DNA from: Chiloscyllium plagiosum | Taxonomy: Eukaryota | Assembly: GCF_004010195.1 (NCBI RefSeq) | Contig: NC_057746.1 | Coordinates: forward strand, 20,125,885 to 20,189,884 | Reading direction: 5' to 3' | Length of the DNA: 64,000 nt | Shown: in pieces, positions 25,601 to 38,354 of the stretch | Layout of the letters: each line of letters begins with the position of its first letter | Numbering within the stretch: the stretch's first letter is position 1 | Notes under the pieces: generated by a model | The model's input: only the letters and a program-made list of their open reading frames with translations | Database searches by the model: none | Told to the model about the DNA's origin: nothing | Made by a program: the position numbers and the translations under genes

Positions 25601-27496
25601 CAACTCCTTCATCGTTCTCTTTACTTTTTGCTTCGTGCTATGACTTATGATAGTGGGATCTGGTTACTACACAGTCTGTGAAATTACCGGGATATTTCTG
25701 TTTTAACTCCTTAGTTTCTTGGTCTTCCTTGGCCGTCCCACAACAAGGAGTGTCACTCTTACCTTGGATCATGCCAAATTATTCCCAAGAACAAACTAAA
25801 TTCCTGGAACTGTCAATGACTGCCACTGTAACTACCCCAGTTTTAAGTTGGCACTCCAACCTGTTCTTACGTTGGGGGATGCTAACTTTCTGTTCATCGA
25901 TCCCACAAATTACCACACACTCTGGTAACAGATCAGAAAGAGTCCATATTCGTTCATCCCTTGCTATCAGCAACTGGTTAGATCCTGTATCTCTCAAAAT
26001 TATAACTACTTATCCTTCTCTCCCTGTTCTTTCTGAGTAAACTTTACCCACCGAGGCGAATACTTCATAGAGATCAGGTGCTAACTCCATACCGAGCCCC
26101 TGCCCAGGCTGTGCACTCTCCTGCAGCTCTCTGGCCCTTTTTGGGGTCTCCTTTACTACTTTCACTAATGCCACTGGCTTAGTTTCTTTTACCACGTCTT
26201 TTCTCGCAGCCCCCTTCTTTAACAACCAGCACTGTGATTTTGTGTGTCTCACTTTACCACAATGGAATCACCTGAGGCCTTTCATCGCCTGTCCACCCTC
26301 TTTGGCTTTTTTTTAATCCTGAGGTAAATTCTTACCGGTATGCTCTACTCTTGGTTTCGTAGTGTAGGATCTCCCTTTCTCCCAACTTCTAGCCCTCATA
26401 GGACGAAATTCTGGATCCAGTCTTATGCACCAACACGTACTCATCTGCTAATTCTGCTGCCTTCTCTTTTCCTGAACTTTCTCTTCCTCCAGGTGAATTC
26501 TTACCATCTGTGGAAGTGAGTTTTTAAACTCCTCCAAAAGAATAATCTCTCTTGAGTCTCAAAATTCTTACCTGTTTTCAAAGCACGCACCCATCGATCA
26601 AAATGACTATCTTTAATTCTTTCGAACTCAACATAAGTCTGATCTGGTTCCTCCTTTGTGTTTCTGAACTGCTGTCTAAATGCTTCTGGTACCAATTCAT
26701 GAGCACTTAAAATAGCCTGTTTAACCTCTTTGTAATCTCTTGACATCTCAGCTGACAGTGCGGCAGATAACTCACTAGCTCTGCCTACCAGTTTAGTCTG
26801 AACTAGCATTACCCATAACCCCTCGGACGCCTCCATCTGTCTGGTCAGTTTTCCAAATGAAATAAAGAAGGCTTCAACATCTCTCTCATCAAAATGGGTA
26901 GAGTTTTGACATATTTATAAACCATCTCTTTTAATCTCCCATCCTGTTAACTTGACTTTGCTGATTAAGTTGCAACTTCTCAAGTTCAAATTCTCTCTCT
27001 TTTTGTCTCTCCCTTTCTTCTCTCTCTCTCTCTTTTCTCAGCTAAGAACCTTCTCTCTCTCTTTCTCTTTCCATTTGTTTATCTTCTAACTCCATTTTCG
27101 TCAATTGTAATTTCTGTTTTAGTACTTCTCCTGCACTTGTCTGTTTCTCTGAGTCACCTACGTGTTTGAGTAATTCCTTTACAATTTCAGCTTTATTTTT
27201 GTCCTTAGTTAAACCCAAAGCTAACTTCTTTGCTAATTCTAAAAGTATGGCCTTTTTCTTTCCTTCTAAACCTTCTTGACAAATTTGAGAATCATCTTCA
27301 AATCCCAGAACCGCTTTCGCAATTTTAAGAGCTATTTCTCTCACTTTTAATTTAATCAACCACATGTCACCGAGATTAAACAAATTGTCTCACGTACGGT
27401 TTATTTAAAGATCTAGAACACTAAGCTGCAAGTGTTTAAATCTGCTGGGGCATTTTGTACCCCAAATCTATTCAAATTTATCTAAGCCAGTTCAAT

Positions 27497-28196
27497 CACG
27501 ACACGAGGTAAACTCTCCTGCTTAATTTAAAACCAGCAGCACAGAAAAGATTTATCCCTTGCAGTAATCTGAAAATTCGATAGGCCAAGAACTAGTTAAA
27601 GTAAAAATTAACAACTTTATTTCTTACGGTATAACAGAGAATAATTAACTAACAACTATTTACAATTCCTTACTCTAACCTATCTGTTACCTTCTCTTAT
27701 ATAATAGTAGTCCGATAACACTCCCGATTACAATTTGCAAAACAAGAAATCATACCTCAAAACCAGACTGCTTTTTTTTTCTCTGATTTCTGGACTTCTT
27801 AGGGGTTTCTTCTTCACAGGTCACTGATCGTTATAGGTACCTTTTCAAAAGAACTATTTTTCGGGCAGTCTTTTGAGATGCTGGGGCTTGGCAGTTCTCC
27901 TCTCAACTGTTCAATTTTCCCAGGTCTTATATACCCAAAGCATCGGATTGTGTCATTAACTTTTAAGAATGTCAATATACTCAATTCAAACTGAATTGGA
28001 GTTTGGTATTTTTCAGGATGTAATTTAAACTGATTGGCCTAATTCAAATCTATTTTGTCATCTCCAGGGCAACCAGCTAATTAAGTTGTTGGGCCAAATG
28101 TTACATTATATTTCTTTTCAGAACACTTGGTTCTGTCATGTAGTTGTGTTCCTCTTAACTCTGTTAAAGGTACAGTACACCCACATCTTCATAACA
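27497..28196 (-). repeat. 5' LTR of the Gmr1-type element (inner end damaged)
   Basis: Shares AAACTCTCCTGC...CCAGCAGCACAGAAAAGATTTATCCC...CATCTTCATAACA with the other LTR but lacks the TGTT terminus at its left end. Confidence 0.88.
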
Positions 28197-28411
28197 GCTT
28201 TCTTTATTAATTAAAATTGTATGCCTCTATCCGTGAGGGATTACCCTCATTAAAACCAAACCAAAATCTGATCTAGATTTCAGTCTGGGGTTTGACTTGT
28301 CTGGTAATAACTTAAACAGAGGATAATTGCAATAGGGACAGCAGGACTTAGAGGGGACAGCCTGTAGAGGCGAAATGAATCCAACTGAATAGCCTGTACC
28401 TTTGACATCAG

Positions 28412-28580
28412 GAAAAGGAACCCGTCGCCACAGAAACTGTCGGGATCTGAAGAAGAAGAATGGGAAAAGGAGGAGAAGGATCGCTTGAAAGATCTGGAGG
28501 AGCGAGATGCTTTCGCAGAGCGTATCAAGCAACGGGACAAGGACAGGACCCGAAATATCCTGGAGCGCTCTGATAAGAAG
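28412..28580 (+). CDS. DHX16: DHX16 coding exon 3 (...[44 protein letters not shown])
   Basis: CAG acceptor (phase 2), conserved DHX16 peptide, donor AAG|GTAGGG. Confidence 0.92.
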
Positions 28581-29121
28581 GTAGGGGCATGTTCGCAGAG
28601 ACACGGGATCATGGCAACAGGAGTAGGCCTTTCGGTCCCTCGAGGCAGCTTTCAGTCAGGCCATGGCTCTCTCCAATCCACCTGTATTACTCCAGCTAGA
28701 ATACTGTCTCAGTGAGAGGGAGGGTGAAGATACTGCCCGATATAACCTGAGGGTCAAATTGTCTCGTCGTTCCCTGTCTGAACCTTGACACTTCCCTCAC
28801 TTAGATTCCAGTGTTGAACTATATCTTTCATTTATCCATGACATATAGACGTCATTGACCAGGCCAGTATTTGTTGTCCCTCCGTATTTGTCCAGAAGGC
28901 AGTTGAGAGTCAACCATGTTGCTCTGGGTCTGGGGTCACGTAGGCCAGACCGAGTAAGGATGGTAGATTTCCCTCCCTAAACAAGTATTAGTGAACTCAT
29001 ATCCAAATATTTATTATTGTCTTGTAAACCATGTTAATGCATGTTTATATCGTTAAAAATCACACACCAGCGCTGCTCCGAAAGCTGGTGCTTCCAATTA
29101 AACCTGTTACACTATAACACT

Positions 29122-29545
29122 ATTACAGACTGGAATCTAATCGAGGGGTTCAGATGGTTTATATATAGAATAATGGATACCTGGGATCAGATGGTTTATA
29201 TATAGAATAATGGATACCTGGGAGTGAGGTACAGACTGGAATCCAATCAAGGGGTTCAGATGGTTTATATACAGAATAATGGATACCTGGGAGTGAGTTA
29301 CAGACTGGAATCTAATCGAGGGGTGCAGATGGTTTATATACAGAATAATGGATACCTGGGAGTGAGTTACAGACTGGAATCTAATCGAGGGGTTCAGATG
29401 GTTTATTTATAGAATAATAGGTACCTGGGGGTGAGTTACAGACTGGAATCTAATCGAGGGGTTCAGATGGTTTATATATAGAATAATGGATACCTGGGTG
29501 TGAGTTACAGACTGGAATCTAATCCAGGGGTGCAGATGGTTACAG
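29122..29545. repeat. 69-bp tandem repeat (TTACAGACTGGAATCTAATCGAGGGGTTCAGATGGTTTATATA.AGAATAATGGATACCTGGGAGTGAG), about 6 copies
   Basis: 23-aa periodicity in ORF 29224-29412 and direct inspection. Confidence 0.92.
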
Positions 29546-29636
29546 GTTGCGGATTGGGCTATCTGTGAACAAGTATAGAAGGCATGTGTTCTATGGTTAA
29601 TGAGGGATTTCTCTGTCCTGCTTTCTCCCGTTCCAG

Positions 29637-29693
29637 GCCTACGAGGAAGCTCAGAAACGTCTGAAGATGGGCGAGGAAGACCGGCGGGCAATG
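29637..29693 (+). CDS. DHX16: DHX16 coding exon 4 (AYEEAQKRLKMGEEDRRAM)
   Basis: TTCCAG acceptor, 57-nt in-frame exon, donor ATG|GTACGA. Conserved AYEEAQKRLKM. Confidence 0.92.
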
Positions 29694-31146
29694 GTACGAT
29701 GGGGATTGAAGTCGGCTTTCCGTTAGGAGGTTGGAGAGCATCATGTCTCTCTGCGAGGTTCGACACGGCCACTGTGCACCTTGCGTTGGGGTGACGGGGC
29801 AGCCCTTCCCTTGCTCTGCCCTCTCTCTCTCTCTGCGCAGAGGCATTGAAAAGACAGGGTGACGGCAGGCATCCTTGACAGCGGCCTTCCCCACTCTAGG
29901 TTCTGCGGCAGCTTTGCAGCCATGGGTCGAGCTGAGTTTTACTGAGTTGTGAGATGGGTGCTGCCTGGCTCCCTGGGTCAGTCACTGCCTGTCACCCTGA
30001 ATGCTCCTGGTTCATCAGCTTCAGTGGAAGGCCAATCCCAAGGGGCTAAGTGTGGAACAATCTTTGCCCGAGGTTTCAAGGGTGGTGTCCCATTGACGGG
30101 CCATAGGAAGACTCCTTCGAGGATCGTAGCTGTGTGTTTGCTCTATACCAAACCCATGCTCTTCCTGTCCTGGGAGTGTCTGATGGGGGCATTGTGAAGC
30201 GAGCTTTAATTCCACTTTAAAACACTAAAGGGACCATTACCTTGATCCTAAACCTGTGCTGCCCCTGTTCTGGCAGTGTCTGATGGGGAGAGTGTAGAGT
30301 GGGTTTCGCTTTCAGTATTAAAGAGTAGATGGAGCTTTATTCTATTGAAACTGTCCCAGGAGTGTTCGATGGGGGCTGGGGGCTTACAGTGTGGAAGTAG
30401 GCCATTTGGCCCATCGAGTCACACCGACCCTCCGAACAGCATCCCACCCAGACCCACACTCTCCACCCTGTCCCTGTAACCCCACATTTCCCATGGTTAA
30501 TCCACCTAGCCTGCATATCTCCAGACACTATGGGGTAATTTCCCATGGCCAATCCACTTACCCTGCGCATCTTTGTACTATGGGAGGAAACCGGAGCACC
30601 CGGACGAAACCCACGCAGACATGGGGGAGAATGAGCAAACTCTACACAGACAGTCACCCGAGGATGGGATCGAACTAGGGCCCCCAGCGCTGTGAGGCAG
30701 CAGTGCTACCTATTGAGCCACCATGTCAAGATAGCTTTTCTCTGTGCCCACCCTGGGTGTATTCGATGGGGACAGTTTAGAATGATCTAACCCACATTGC
30801 GAATAGACTGAGAAGGTGGGGTGTAGAGGGGACCCTGCTTTCCCCTGCACCTGCTGGCAGTACTCAGTGGGACCACTGCACAGAGTAGGTTCAGTACGAC
30901 TGTCAATGGATGCCTGAAATAGAAAACGTTTCCATTCTCAAATATTAACCTCCTTTCACTAGTCAGTGCAAAGAGTCCTGAAGTACAGAGGAAATTGTAA
31001 CGAATGATGGGAAAAGATAACAAAATACAACGTCCCTTGCACTGTCATGCAATGCATGTCTGGTGTGTGTTTGTGTCTATATATAAGGTTGACCATTGCT
31101 CAGCATGCAAACCCCCTGATCCCTGGTACTCATGTTTCCCCTCCAG

Positions 31147-31401
31147 ATCCCGGAGCTCCGCAAGAGGTCCCGGAGGGATTACCTGGGCAAGCGAGAGCAG
31201 GAGAAGCTGGAGGATCTGGAGGCAGAAATCGTGGACGACGAGTACCTGTTCTCCGCGACTGACCTCAGCAGCCGGGAGAAGCAGCAGCTGGACTACAAGA
31301 AGAAAGTGCGCGACCTGGCGCGGGAGTACAAAGCAGCCGGAGAGCAGGAGAAGCAGGAGCAGAGCAACCGCTATTACATGCCCGAGGAGTCCCGCAGCAA
31401 G
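31147..31401 (+). CDS. DHX16: DHX16 coding exon 5 ([17 protein letters not shown]...[11 protein letters not shown])
   Basis: CTCCAG acceptor, conserved DHX16 peptide, donor AAG|GTCGGT. Confidence 0.93.
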
Positions 31402-31792
31402 GTCGGTACGGCGTTGGGGGGAGTGATGGTGGGGGTTTGTTGGGGGCACTAGGGGAAGCGACACTTTGCCATTCACCTTCTCTATGCCCCTCATGATTTT
31501 ATAAATCTGTATGTGGTCACCTGTCATCCTCCCACACTCCATTGGGAAAAAGCCCCAGCCTCTTCTCATAACCCAAACCTTCTATTCCTGGTAAATGTTC
31601 TCTGAACCCTCTCCAGCTTAATAATATCCTTTATAACCGTCTGACCCTGACTGAACTGTCACAGGTTGGCGCCCGACCTGTTTCACCTGAGCTGCACAGC
31701 TGCCAGTCACCGGTCGCTGCCTCTGCGTCCTCTTTGACTGTTTTCCTGTTCCCTGCAGCCTTGACTCATTGCTCCCCTTTGTGTTTTGTCAG

Positions 31793-32014
31793 AAAGTTCC
31801 GGATCGCTACGAGGAGCCCAAGGCGGATGACAAACATGCCCCTCGGGACGAGCAGAGGCGTTGGGAGGAGGAGCACATGGATGCAGCGCTGTTAAAATTC
31901 GGGGCCCGGGACGCCAGGGAGCGTAACCAGCAGAAGGAGTACGAGTTTGTGTTGGAGGAGGACGAGATGATTGACTTTGTGACTGCCGTCACCATGCAGG
32001 GAACCGTGTCTAAG
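31793..32014 (+). CDS. DHX16: DHX16 coding exon 6 (KVPDRYEEP...EQRRWEEE...KFGARDA...GTVSK)
   Basis: TTGTCAG acceptor, conserved EQRRWEE/FGARDA, donor AAG|GTAGGC. Confidence 0.92.
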
Positions 32015-33809
32015 GTAGGCTGCACGGTGACAGTGGTGTCATACAGCATGGAAACAGACCCTTTGGTCCAACCATAATCCCAAACCAAACCAATCCCACT
32101 TGTCTGCGCTTAGTCCATATCCCTCCCTACCTTTCCTATTCACGTACTTATCCAAATGTCTTTTAAATGTTGTCATTGTATCCGCATCCACCACTTACTC
32201 TGGAAGTTCCTTTCACACAGGAACCGCTCTGTATATCTTTTGAAACTCTTTCTTATCTCACCTTAAAAATTATGCCTCAAACTCCCCCACCCGAGGGAAA
32301 AGACACCTGCCATTCACTTTATCCATGGCCCTCATGGCTTTATAAATCTCAATAGGGTCACCTCTCAACCTCTCCCGCTCCAGTTAAAAACAGTCCCAGC
32401 CTCTCCTCGTAACTCAAACCCTCCATTCCTGACAGCATCCTGGCAGATTGTTTCTGAGCACTCTCCAGCTTAATAATATCCTTTCTGTAACAGGGCTACC
32501 TGAACTGGACACAGTACCCCAGAGGAGGCCTCACCAACATCCTGTACACCTCAACATAACGTCCCAACTCCTATCCTCAAAGGTCTGAGCAATGAAGACA
32601 AGCATGCTGAATGCCTTCCTAACCACCCTGTCTATCTGCATTATGTTTATCTGAATCCCTAGAACTTTTTGTTCTACACCACGACCCAAAGCCCTTAATT
32701 GTATAAGTCTTGCCTTTTTTTGTTTACTGGGCCAGAGGTTCAGAGCCACTGGAGTCAGACAGCGCAGGAAAGGCCATTTGGCATATTAAGTTTGCATTGA
32801 CAATAACTACCACTAAAGGCATACTAATCCCAAATTCCTGCACCAGTCCCCTGTCCTAAAATGTTATGATATTTCAAGCGTCCATCCAAATATTTTTGGA
32901 AGGTTTGTAGGGTTACTGACCTCAGGCAGTGCATTCCAGATTCCCACCACCCGCTGAGTGAAAAGGTTTTTCCTCAAATCCCATCTGAATCTCCTGTCCT
33001 TTACCCTAAAACTGTGCCCCCTCCACCAAGGGGAACAGTCAGTCCCTATGCACCCTACCTATACCCCTCATAACGTTATACGCTTCAATCACGCCCCCGC
33101 CCCAGTCTTTTCTAACTCTAGAGAAAACTATCCAAGCCCATCTCCTTCCCGCTCAGTTTCTCCATCCCAGGCAACGTGGTGGTGAACCTCCTCTGTACCT
33201 CGTCTAACACACCCTTCCTGTAGTGAGGTAACCAGGGTGGCACACAGTACTCCAGCTATGGCCTAACCAATGCTCTGTACAACTCGGTGCTCTCATAATC
33301 TCTGGCACAAGTGTCCCATATTCCTCCTTAACTATCCTATCCACATTGTCTGCTGACTTCAGGGATCTGTGTGTGAGTAATTTCCCCAAGATCCCTCTGA
33401 GCAACCCAGTGAACTGCCACACATTAAATACAATTACTTCATCTTGTTTCCCCTTCCAAAGACTGAGATTGAAGGTCTGGAGATTTGCGTTCAAATCCCT
33501 ACCTGACTGGGAGAAATTTAATTAAGTAACAGTTCTGGCATAAATTTCTAAACTCCTAAGTAATGATCATGAACCTACTGATTCTCAGACAAACCTATCT
33601 GGGCTCAAAAGGGTGAATGTGGAAAGGAAATGTACGCTCGTGGGAGAATCTAGAATTAGGAATTACTGTGTTAAGATCACTGTGTCCCAGCGATGATGTA
33701 AAGGCTTCTTCTTAGAGGATCTCTGGTCTTTGGGACGCTGTCCAAGGTAGACAGGAAAAGTGCTGTCCCATTCCAAAGTCGCACTTATTTACCTGTTTTT
33801 CCATCCCAG

Positions 33810-33998
33810 GATGAAAAGGCAGAAATGTCGGAAGCAGAGAAGCAGAAGCTGACCCTCCAGGAGGTGAGGAGGAGCCTACCTGTCTTCCCCTACCGTCAGG
33901 ACCTGCTGGCAGCTATCGCTGAGCACCAGATCCTCATCATCGAGGGCGAGACGGGCTCTGGCAAAACAACCCAGATCCCCCAGTATCTGTACGAGGAG
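33810..33998 (+). CDS. DHX16: DHX16 coding exon 7 with Walker A motif ([10 protein letters not shown]...[18 protein letters not shown])
   Basis: DEAH-helicase motif [16 protein letters not shown] acceptor, GAG|GTGAGT donor. Confidence 0.96.
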
Positions 33999-34059
33999 GT
34001 GAGTGTCTGTTCAGACTGGGAGATGCGTGACGCATTGCAGAGAATTGGTGGAATATTTC

Positions 34060-34975
34060 GTGCAGTGTTCAACTTGTAAAAGCAGGAGTGATACAGTGCA
34101 GTGTTCAACCTGTAAAACTGCGAGTGATGCAGAGAAATGTTCACACTGTAAAAGCAGGAGTGATACAGATTAGTGTTCAGCCTGTAAAACTGGGAGTGAT
34201 GCAGAGCACTGTTGCACCTGTAAAACTGGGAGTGATACAGAGCAGTGTTGCACTTGTAAAACTGGGAGTGATACAGAGCAGTGTTGCACCTGTAAAACTG
34301 GGAGTGATACAGAGCAGTGTTCTGCCTGTAAAACTGGGAGTGATGCGGAGCAGTGTTCAGCCTGTAAAACTGGGAGTGATACAGAGCAGTGTTGTACCTG
34401 TACAACTGGGAGTGATATAGAGCAGTGTTCAGCCTGTAAAACTGGGAGTGATAAAGAGCAGTGTTGCACCTGTAAAACCGGGAGTGATACAGAGCAGTGT
34501 TGTACCTGTAAAACTGGGAGTGATACAGAGCAGTGTTGTACCTGTAAAACTGGGAGTGATACTGAGCAGTGTTGCACCTGTAAAACTGGGAGTGATACTG
34601 AGCAGTGTTGTACCTGTAAAACTGGGAGTGATACTGAGCAGTGTTGCACCTGTAAAACTGGGAGTGATACAGAGCAGTGTTGCACCTGTAAAACTGGGAG
34701 TGATACTGAGCAGTGTTGCACCTGTAAAACTGGGAGTGATACTGAGCAGTGTTGCACCTGTAAAACTGGGAGTGCAAAAGAGCAGTGTTGCACCTGTAAA
34801 ACTGGGAGTGATAAAGAGCAGTGTTGTACCTGCAAAACTGGGAGTAATACAGAGCAGTGTTCAGCCTGTAAAACTGGGAGTGATGCAGAGCAGTGATCAC
34901 CGTGTAAAACTGGGAGTGTTACAGAGCTGTGTTGTACCTGTGAAACTGGGAGTGATACAGAGCAGTGTTGCACCT
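34060..34975. repeat. 36-bp minisatellite (CCTGTAAAACTGGGAGTGATACAGAGCAGTGTTGCA), about 25 copies, running into a gap
   Basis: 12-aa periodic ORFs on both strands; starts about 60 nt after the DHX16 exon 7 donor. Confidence 0.95.
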
Positions 34976-36123
34976 NNNNNNNNNNNNNNNNNNNNNNNNN
35001 NNNNNNNNNNNNNNNNNNNNNNNNNNNNNNNNNNNNNNNNNNNNNNNNNNNNNNNNNNNNNNNNNNNNNNNNNNNNNNNNNNNNNNNNNNNNNNNNNNNN
35101 NNNNNNNNNNNNNNNNNNNNNNNNNNNNNNNNNNNNNNNNNNNNNNNNNNNNNNNNNNNNNNNNNNNNNNNNNNNNNNNNNNNNNNNNNNNNNNNNNNNN
35201 NNNNNNNNNNNNNNNNNNNNNNNNNNNNNNNNNNNNNNNNNNNNNNNNNNNNNNNNNNNNNNNNNNNNNNNNNNNNNNNNNNNNNNNNNNNNNNNNNNNN
35301 NNNNNNNNNNNNNNNNNNNNNNNNNNNNNNNNNNNNNNNNNNNNNNNNNNNNNNNNNNNNNNNNNNNNNNNNNNNNNNNNNNNNNNNNNNNNNNNNNNNN
35401 NNNNNNNNNNNNNNNNNNNNNNNNNNNNNNNNNNNNNNNNNNNNNNNNNNNNNNNNNNNNNNNNNNNNNNNNNNNCAGCCCTGCTTCCCGGAGAATGTCA
35501 GCCCACATTGTGCGCTCGCGACCCACGTGGGAATTGAACCCAGGGGTTTACGACGCAGTGATCTGTGAAAGGAAGGCAGGAGGTGATTGGGGCAGCGGGG
35601 CGAGGATAGGGCCCCTTTCCACCACCTTTTTGTTTTTCCCGCACTCAGATTTGCTCTGATTGAGTTCAGTGCTTAAAAGCAACCTCCTGAGTGAGCCTGC
35701 CAGTTGCTCCTCCATGACCATGTCTTTACTGGATTAATGCTGAGGGAAATGGAGTCGGTAAGACTGGTTGAAAAGAGAACATTTGTAGCCGTGTTTTGAC
35801 CTGCTGGATATCTGACCTCCTCCCAACAACCGATCAATCGGCTAAGCCGCTGATCTGGCTTTGGTCACGCTCAGCATTCGATTGGCAAAATTCATGGACT
35901 CCACGTGCAATGTGTGTCCCTTTCTTTAAAAAAAATATGAGTTATCTCGAACGCAACATGAATTATTTTCGTCTTCCCAGAAGCTGCCAGCCCCACTTCC
36001 GTTCCACCATGTCCTGTTTTGATTTCCAGCGGCCACACAGCGTTTTGCAATTATTGTCACCACATGGCTGTTGTTTATTGGGCACCTTCTGTCCGTTTGG
36101 GCCGTCAGGGAGTCCCCATTTAA

Positions 36124-36417
<294 letters not shown>

Positions 36418-36774
36418 TAACCGCGCCATCTCCCACCCCTGACTGGCTCTTCTCCAGAACCACTTACCCCCTCCAGCTGTGCCCTTCCCTCCCAAATCAG
36501 CAGGCTTTGAAATGCCCGGCTTGTTGTCGGATCACTGGTTTGAGCCGACTCCTGGTGCCTTCCTGAGAGTGGACCTGGGCAGATTGCATCCTTGCACGCG
36601 AGTTCCGGCAAATCGCCTCAGCTTCTCCCCAAATCCTCGGCGCAGCAGGCCTGCAGTTCCCACCCACCTCCCCGCTGTTGACTGTGGTCCTCTCCTGCCC
36701 TCTCGCTCCTGCCCCCTGGCGGTGTGTCAGTGCATCGTGCTTCCCTAACGTACCACACTCTGTGTTTGTTTTAG

Positions 36775-36842
36775 CTCGGTCGCAGGATGGCAGAGCTCCC
36801 TGTGGACCCCATGCTGTCCAAAATGATCCTAGCCTCTGAGAG
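36775..36842 (+). CDS. DHX16: DHX16 exon (LGRRMAELPVDPMLSKMILASE)
   Basis: TTTTAG acceptor, HA2 motif, donor AG|GTGAGT phase 2. Confidence 0.95.
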
Positions 36843-38354
36843 GTGAGTGACGGCCAGAACAGACGATGCCACTTCCATGTTTGGTCTGACCTGCGCGTTG
36901 TTGAAACCCTGACATGAGAAGTCCTGAACTCCTTGTTGGTTCAAAACCTTAGTTCCAGCAATTGGTTTATCAAATAAAATTTATTCCACGGTGGAAAGGG
37001 ATGCGTTTACCATCACGTCTGGTCCCCTTTCAAGTTGTCCCTATCCTGTTTCAGCCCCATCCCACTGTGGCATTCTCTGTACGTGTCAAAAAGACCCTTT
37101 CAAGCTGGTTTCACTAAACATCTTAGAGTTCTCTTTTTACCCTTTAGCTATTCACCAACCTTGCTTTTGCATTCAGCTGCCCTGTTTATCCATTATTCTT
37201 TTCCTCCAGTAAGCCATGCCTTAAGACCAGAAAGTTTAAGGTGAGGAGTAAATAGTTTAGAGGAGATCTTTTTTTACCCCGAGGGTGGTGGATGAATGGA
37301 ACATTTTACCTGAGAGGGTTGTGTACCAAGTAAATGGGATTGGTGTAATTTGGTATTTGTTGGTCAGTATAGACAGAGTAGGCTGAAGTGCCTGTTTCCG
37401 TGTACGAGTCTGTGACTGTATTTTGGGGACTGCTTGTAAATCGATTTTCTTAATAGACACACACAGATACTTATTGCTCACAGGTTTGAGAAGACAAAGA
37501 ATTTACGGCACAGAGCCAAGCCATTTGGGCTAACTGTGATGTGCCATAATTTGTGTTCCTTTCCAGTTTGGTGTTTACTTCTATTTCCGAGTTGAGATTG
37601 TTCCTGTCTGCTTATCTTAGTTCCTTCCTCATTCTGTTGAAATTTGCAGCTTTTACAATCCTGCTTTTACGCCAGTCCTAACTGGTGCGGACAATGTATA
37701 TCAATTACAGCCACTGCAGGTTGAGTCAGTAGTTCGGAAGGCCAGTCCGGTGTTGGCATCTGTTTTGAGAGGACTTGAATATGAAAGCAAGGGTGTATTT
37801 CTGAGGCTCTGTAAGGCTCTGGTCAGACCACATTTGGAGTATCGTGTGCAGTCTTGGGGCCCTTTATGTCAGGAAGGATGTACTGGAGCGCGTTCAGAGG
37901 AGGTTCACCAGAACGGTCCCGGGAATGAAAAGCTTAACAGCTGAGAAACGTTTGAGGACTCTGGGTCTAAGTCTAATGGAGTTTAAACGGATGGGTGGGG
38001 GGGAAATCTAATTGAAACTTACAGAACACTGAATGGCCTGGACAGAGTAGATGTTGGGAAGATGTTTCCATTGGTAGGAGAGATTAGAACTCAAGGGCAT
38101 AGCCTTAGAGTAAAGGGATAAGAAGAAACTCCTTCAGCCAGAGAGTGGTGAGTCTGTGGAATTCATCGTCACAGAAGGCTGTGGAGGCCAGGCCATTTAG
38201 TATATTTAAGACAAAGATAGATAGGTTTTTTGATTGCTCAGCGTTACAAGGAGAAAGTGGGAGAATGAGGTTGAGAAACTTATCAGCCATGATTGAATGG
38301 CGGAGCTGACTTGATGGGCCAAATGGCCTAATTTCTGCTCCTATGTTTATGGTC

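Larger units (their letters stand above)
21941..28196 (-). mobile_element. Near full-length, decayed Gypsy/Ty3 LTR retrotransposon of Gmr1 type, antisense in DHX16 intron 2
   Basis: Termini TGTTA...TAACA with 4-bp TSD GCTT (21937-21940 and 28197-28200). Two similar LTRs and a PPT at 22609-22623. Frameshifted fragments on the - strand: gag (27383-26500), CCHC knuckle (~26270-26230), protease LRDTGS (~25997), integrase HHCC + core (25307-24434), RT (23821-23486), RNase H (23412-22926). Confidence 0.93.
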
